Positions 61,120-64,000 of a stretch of 64,000 bases of DNA are shown piece after piece. The notes beneath the pieces are model-generated. The model was not told the origin of the DNA and did no database searches. It saw nothing but the letters and a program-made list of their open reading frames with translations. How positions within the stretch are numbered: the first letter of the stretch is position 1; each line of letters opens with the position of its first letter. Source of the stretch: Pseudomonadota bacterium (GTDB lineage Bacteria; Myxococcota_A; UBA9042; GCA-2863065); the NCBI GenBank assembly GCA_947498315.1, contig CANMLD010000001.1, forward strand, positions 38,781 through 102,780, read 5' to 3'. A program made the position numbers and the translations under genes.

Positions 61120-62673
61120 ATGTGGCACTCGCAAACCGGCGAGACACCGAGGCGGTCTGAACTCAGTCTCGCGTGGCCATCGCTTACCCATAGGGCCGTG
61201 ATCGCCGCCGTCCTCGCCGTTGCAATCACGTGGACGGTGCCATCCTCGGCGGCCGACGAGCCCCCGCAAACTCGTCCGCGCCGCATCATCGTGCTCCCGG
61301 CTTTCGACTACTCTGGCCTCAGGTCTACCGTCTTCGAAGCGCGTGGGCCTGAAGCGCGTGGGCCTGACGATGGTGCATCGGCCAACGCGGGCCCCCTCGA
61401 CGAGCAGGTGACGACGCTCATCGAGCGCCGCCTCCAGCTCGATCCCGGCGTGGTCGCACTGCTTGGTCCGGAGCTCTCGAAGCGCCTGGAGACGTTCATG
61501 CCACGCATGCGAGCAGGGCTAGAGCGCAAGCAGCGGGCAGAAGCGCTCGTGCGCGACCTTCAGACTGACACCGCGCTACCTGAGCTCATCGACATCGAGC
61601 GAGAGCTGCTCTCCGCCTGGAAAGACGTCATCGACAGAATAACCCGTACCGCGCAGCTCGCCGACCTGTCGCTCGTCCTCGCGTTGGCGCACGCCGATCG
61701 ACGCGAAGACGCCGCCGTGCATGAGGCATTGAAGACCCTCTTCCTTCGAGACCCACAACGCCGTTTCGATGTGGGCTTCTACGACGCCGAGTTCGAGGCC
61801 CGACTGGCGACAGCGTGGACCAACGTCCGGGTCTCCCAGCCGAAGGAACAGCCGCTGGGCTCTCCAGAGCGCCTCGAGCTCTTCATGACCGAGTTCGGGG
61901 CCGACGCGTTCGTCCACGTATGGATCGAAGACGGTGACAGCGTCGGGAGCCGTCGCGTCCGCATCATCGTCTATGATCGCCTCCTTCCGTCGGTCGCCTT
62001 CAGCGCGCCCGTCGGGCCCGATGGCGGAGGAACGCTCGAAGCGGTCGACCGGTTCTTCTCCCGCTACTTGACCTGCCTCGCCCCCGTCGTCATCGAGAGA
62101 GTCGGCGTGGCGCCACCGCCCGTGCGCGATCCCTGGCTCTTCATCGATGCCGGTTTCGCCTACTCCCTCTTCGCTCAGGAGACGACCCGAGAACCCTTCC
62201 ACAACTTCGGCCTCGCACTCTCCGCCGAGTTCCAATTCGCGACGGGCCTCGGCGCCTTCGTGGAAGTCGCCATGTTTACGTCCACGCTCGACCCACAGCG
62301 CGATCTCATCTCGTCCTTTACCAGCGTCCGAGCGCTCACGGGACTCAGCTACGCTTTCCGTGGCGCGTGGTGGCGCTTCAACGTTCACTTCGGCTTCGAC
62401 GTGCAGTTCCTCGGCAGTTACCGCACAACCACCGACCCCTGGTGCAAGTTCGGTGGCTTCAGTGACCCGCGCTGCGCCGAAGCCGAGACTACCGACCTCG
62501 CCAGCGACGTTACCGGCGGCTTTCATGGCGCTTTCGGCGTTCAGTTCTTCGTGAACCGGAACGTCTATCTCGGCCTCAGAATCGGAATGTCCGCCTACAT
62601 CGTGCCCCTCGAGGAGGCTATCAAGGTCAACTTCCCCTTCACGGTGCAGGCCAGCTTGGGCTACGCGCTCTAG
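61120..62673 (+). CDS. Secreted protein with a helical/TPR-like region and a probable C-terminal outer-membrane beta-barrel
   Basis: Signal peptide; helical mid-region; alternating aromatic strands ending VQASLGYAL. Confidence 0.7.
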   Translation: MWHSQTGETPRRSELSLAWPSLTHRAVIAAVLAVAITWTVPSSAADEPPQTRPRRIIVLPAFDYSGLRSTVFEARGPEARGPDDGASANAGPLDEQVTTLIERRLQLDPGVVALLGPELSKRLETFMPRMRAGLERKQRAEALVRDLQTDTALPELIDIERELLSAWKDVIDRITRTAQLADLSLVLALAHADRREDAAVHEALKTLFLRDPQRRFDVGFYDAEFEARLATAWTNVRVSQPKEQPLGSPERLELFMTEFGADAFVHVWIEDGDSVGSRRVRIIVYDRLLPSVAFSAPVGPDGGGTLEAVDRFFSRYLTCLAPVVIERVGVAPPPVRDPWLFIDAGFAYSLFAQETTREPFHNFGLALSAEFQFATGLGAFVEVAMFTSTLDPQRDLISSFTSVRALTGLSYAFRGAWWRFNVHFGFDVQFLGSYRTTTDPWCKFGGFSDPRCAEAETTDLASDVTGGFHGAFGVQFFVNRNVYLGLRIGMSAYIVPLEEAIKVNFPFTVQASLGYAL

Positions 62674-62895
62674 GAGGGTTCTCCTTTTCTCCCGTCGCAT
62701 GCCTTCGCGCTTCCCTGCGAGATCGGCGTCAGATGCCTTCGATACGTCCTCGAGTACCCACGGGTACGCTCCGGGCGTTTCTCCCTCGGGGGGCGCGGGG
62801 GTGTCCCCCGCCGGCAAGCGCCAGAACAGCCTTCCTTGCTCTCACAGGGAATCGCTACCGGCGACCAGCAGACGGTAGTTCTGCCGAATTTTCGC

Positions 62896-62924
62896 TTGAC
62901 CGAGCTTCAGACGCGGCGTAACGT
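62896..62924 (+). promoter_or_regulatory. Sigma70 promoter of tRNA-Thr
   Basis: TTGACC-N17-TAACGT. Confidence 0.6.
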
Positions 62925-62975
62925 CCGCCGTCGCTTCGCAAGGCCAGGGTATCCCCAACCCCAGCGAAAGCCGAC

Positions 62976-63051
62976 GCCAACATAGCTCAGTTGGTAGAGC
63001 AGCTGATTCGTAATCAGCAGGTCCCCGGTTCAAGTCCGGGTGTTGGCTCCA
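62976..63051 (+). tRNA. tRNA-Thr (CGT)
   Basis: GCCAACATAGCTCAGTTGGTAGAGCAGCTGATTCGTAATCAGCAGGTCCCCGGTTCAAGTCCGGGTGTTGGCTCCA, 76 nt. Confidence 0.98.
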
Positions 63052-63636
63052 CATATTTCGTCTCTATTTCGTGCCCGCCGCCGGAGCGCCGTCCCCTCCC
63101 TCGTCTTCCACCACGGGCCGAAGCGACTTTGTCAGTCTCTCGACTTCCTCGCTGATTAGGAGCTGCGCGGCCACCGGCGGTCGTACTGGCACAGGCGATG
63201 GCGCTTCCGCACCTCGTCCGTATTGCTCCCCCCGCCCCGTGCGAAGAGGTGGCAGGGCGAAGTGGCGGAGGACCACGCGGTCGAACAACGACAATGCGAT
63301 GCTAGAACGTAAGTTGTGTCGGTGTTGCCATTACTGCCGCCTTAGTGCCGTCTCGCTACCGAGGGAGCCGCCGAGCCTCACGAAGCTCGAGTGGCTGCGA
63401 TACGTCCTCACGTTGCCAGTGCTACACTCTAGGCGTCACTCGGTATCCTCCTTGCTCCGAGCGGCATCGCTTCGGCCGGCTAGGTCCGAAGATCAGAGGC
63501 CTCCTAGGGCCATGTATCGTGAGCTCCGTCATGTTGCTCCTCATCCGAAAACTATCAGCCACGGTCGAAGCGTCGTAACGTCCTCGATTGCCCGGCTGGG
63601 TCGGGCTAGCGCGCCCGTCATGGGCCAGGGGAATCG

Positions 63637-64000
63637 ATGTCCATCAGGTCCGTAGGCTCTTCGTCTCTCCATGCTCTGTCACGCGTCATCGCGGCTGGAT
63701 TCGTGGCGGCCGCGATCTCTGCCGGTCTCGTCATGGGCTGCAACAAGGACGACACGTCCGCCGCGCCCGTGCCCGCCGCCGGAGAAGGGAAGCTCGACTG
63801 CGCCAAAGCGGTCGCTCGGCGCACGGAGTGTCTGCCCGAGTTGAAGGTCGATGGGGGGGCAAAGCAAGTGGCGCTCTGTGAGTCCATCGCTGCGTCCGAT
63901 CCGATGAAGGCCAAGGCGCAGTTTGGGTCGTGCCTCGACGCGCCGTCCTGTGCCGAGTACGCCAAGTGCGCCATGGCGCTCGCCGCCGAGCAGGCCAAGT
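63637..64000 (+). CDS. Cys-rich lipoprotein, 3'-partial (absent from the ORF track)
   Basis: MSIRSVG...AAAISAGLVMGC-NKDD lipobox; frame is open to the window end. Confidence 0.7.
   Translation, partial: MSIRSVGSSSLHALSRVIAAGFVAAAISAGLVMGCNKDDTSAAPVPAAGEGKLDCAKAVARRTECLPELKVDGGAKQVALCESIAASDPMKAKAQFGSCLDAPSCAEYAKCAMALAAEQAK

Noticed and set aside
63052..63636. Island or prophage integrated at tRNA-Thr
   Set aside because: The region is poorly coding but shows no integrase or att duplicate within the window; it cannot be judged without downstream sequence.

Overview
GC-rich bacterial DNA whose gene content (MYXO-CTERM tags, Hanks kinase plus PEGA proteins, giant Cys/Asp-rich lipoproteins, TraB-like OmpA protein) points to a Myxococcota-type genome. 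The window holds about 45 genes or gene remnants. These include housekeeping genes (ribF, aroE, cutA), tRNA-Asn(GTT), tRNA-Thr(CGT), a 4-gene ABC exporter, an MFS transporter, an ECF sigma/anti-sigma pair, a two-component pair and many surface proteins. I found no CRISPR array, rRNA, integrase or transposase. Most notable: (1) a coupled operon of a membrane Ser/Thr kinase with a PEGA domain, a TPR-PEGA/TonB-dependent receptor fusion and a histidine kinase, with the response regulator displaced by a 7-kb gene; this is a candidate kinase-based cell-surface signalling system; (2) a 177-bp MITE with a 3-bp target duplication inserted in frame (+60 aa) at the start of aroE, with a truncated second copy at 5.4 kb; (3) a DUF4157 (eCIS-associated) protein carrying a peptidoglycan-binding domain and an endolysin-like peptidase; (4) an adhesin fused through an internal MYXO-CTERM to a TraB-like barrel/OmpA module; (5) two giant lipoproteins with a shared N-terminal module but different tips; (6) 156-bp direct repeats flanking a spermidine-synthase-like gene. 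All domain calls come from motif recognition by eye, not from database searches.
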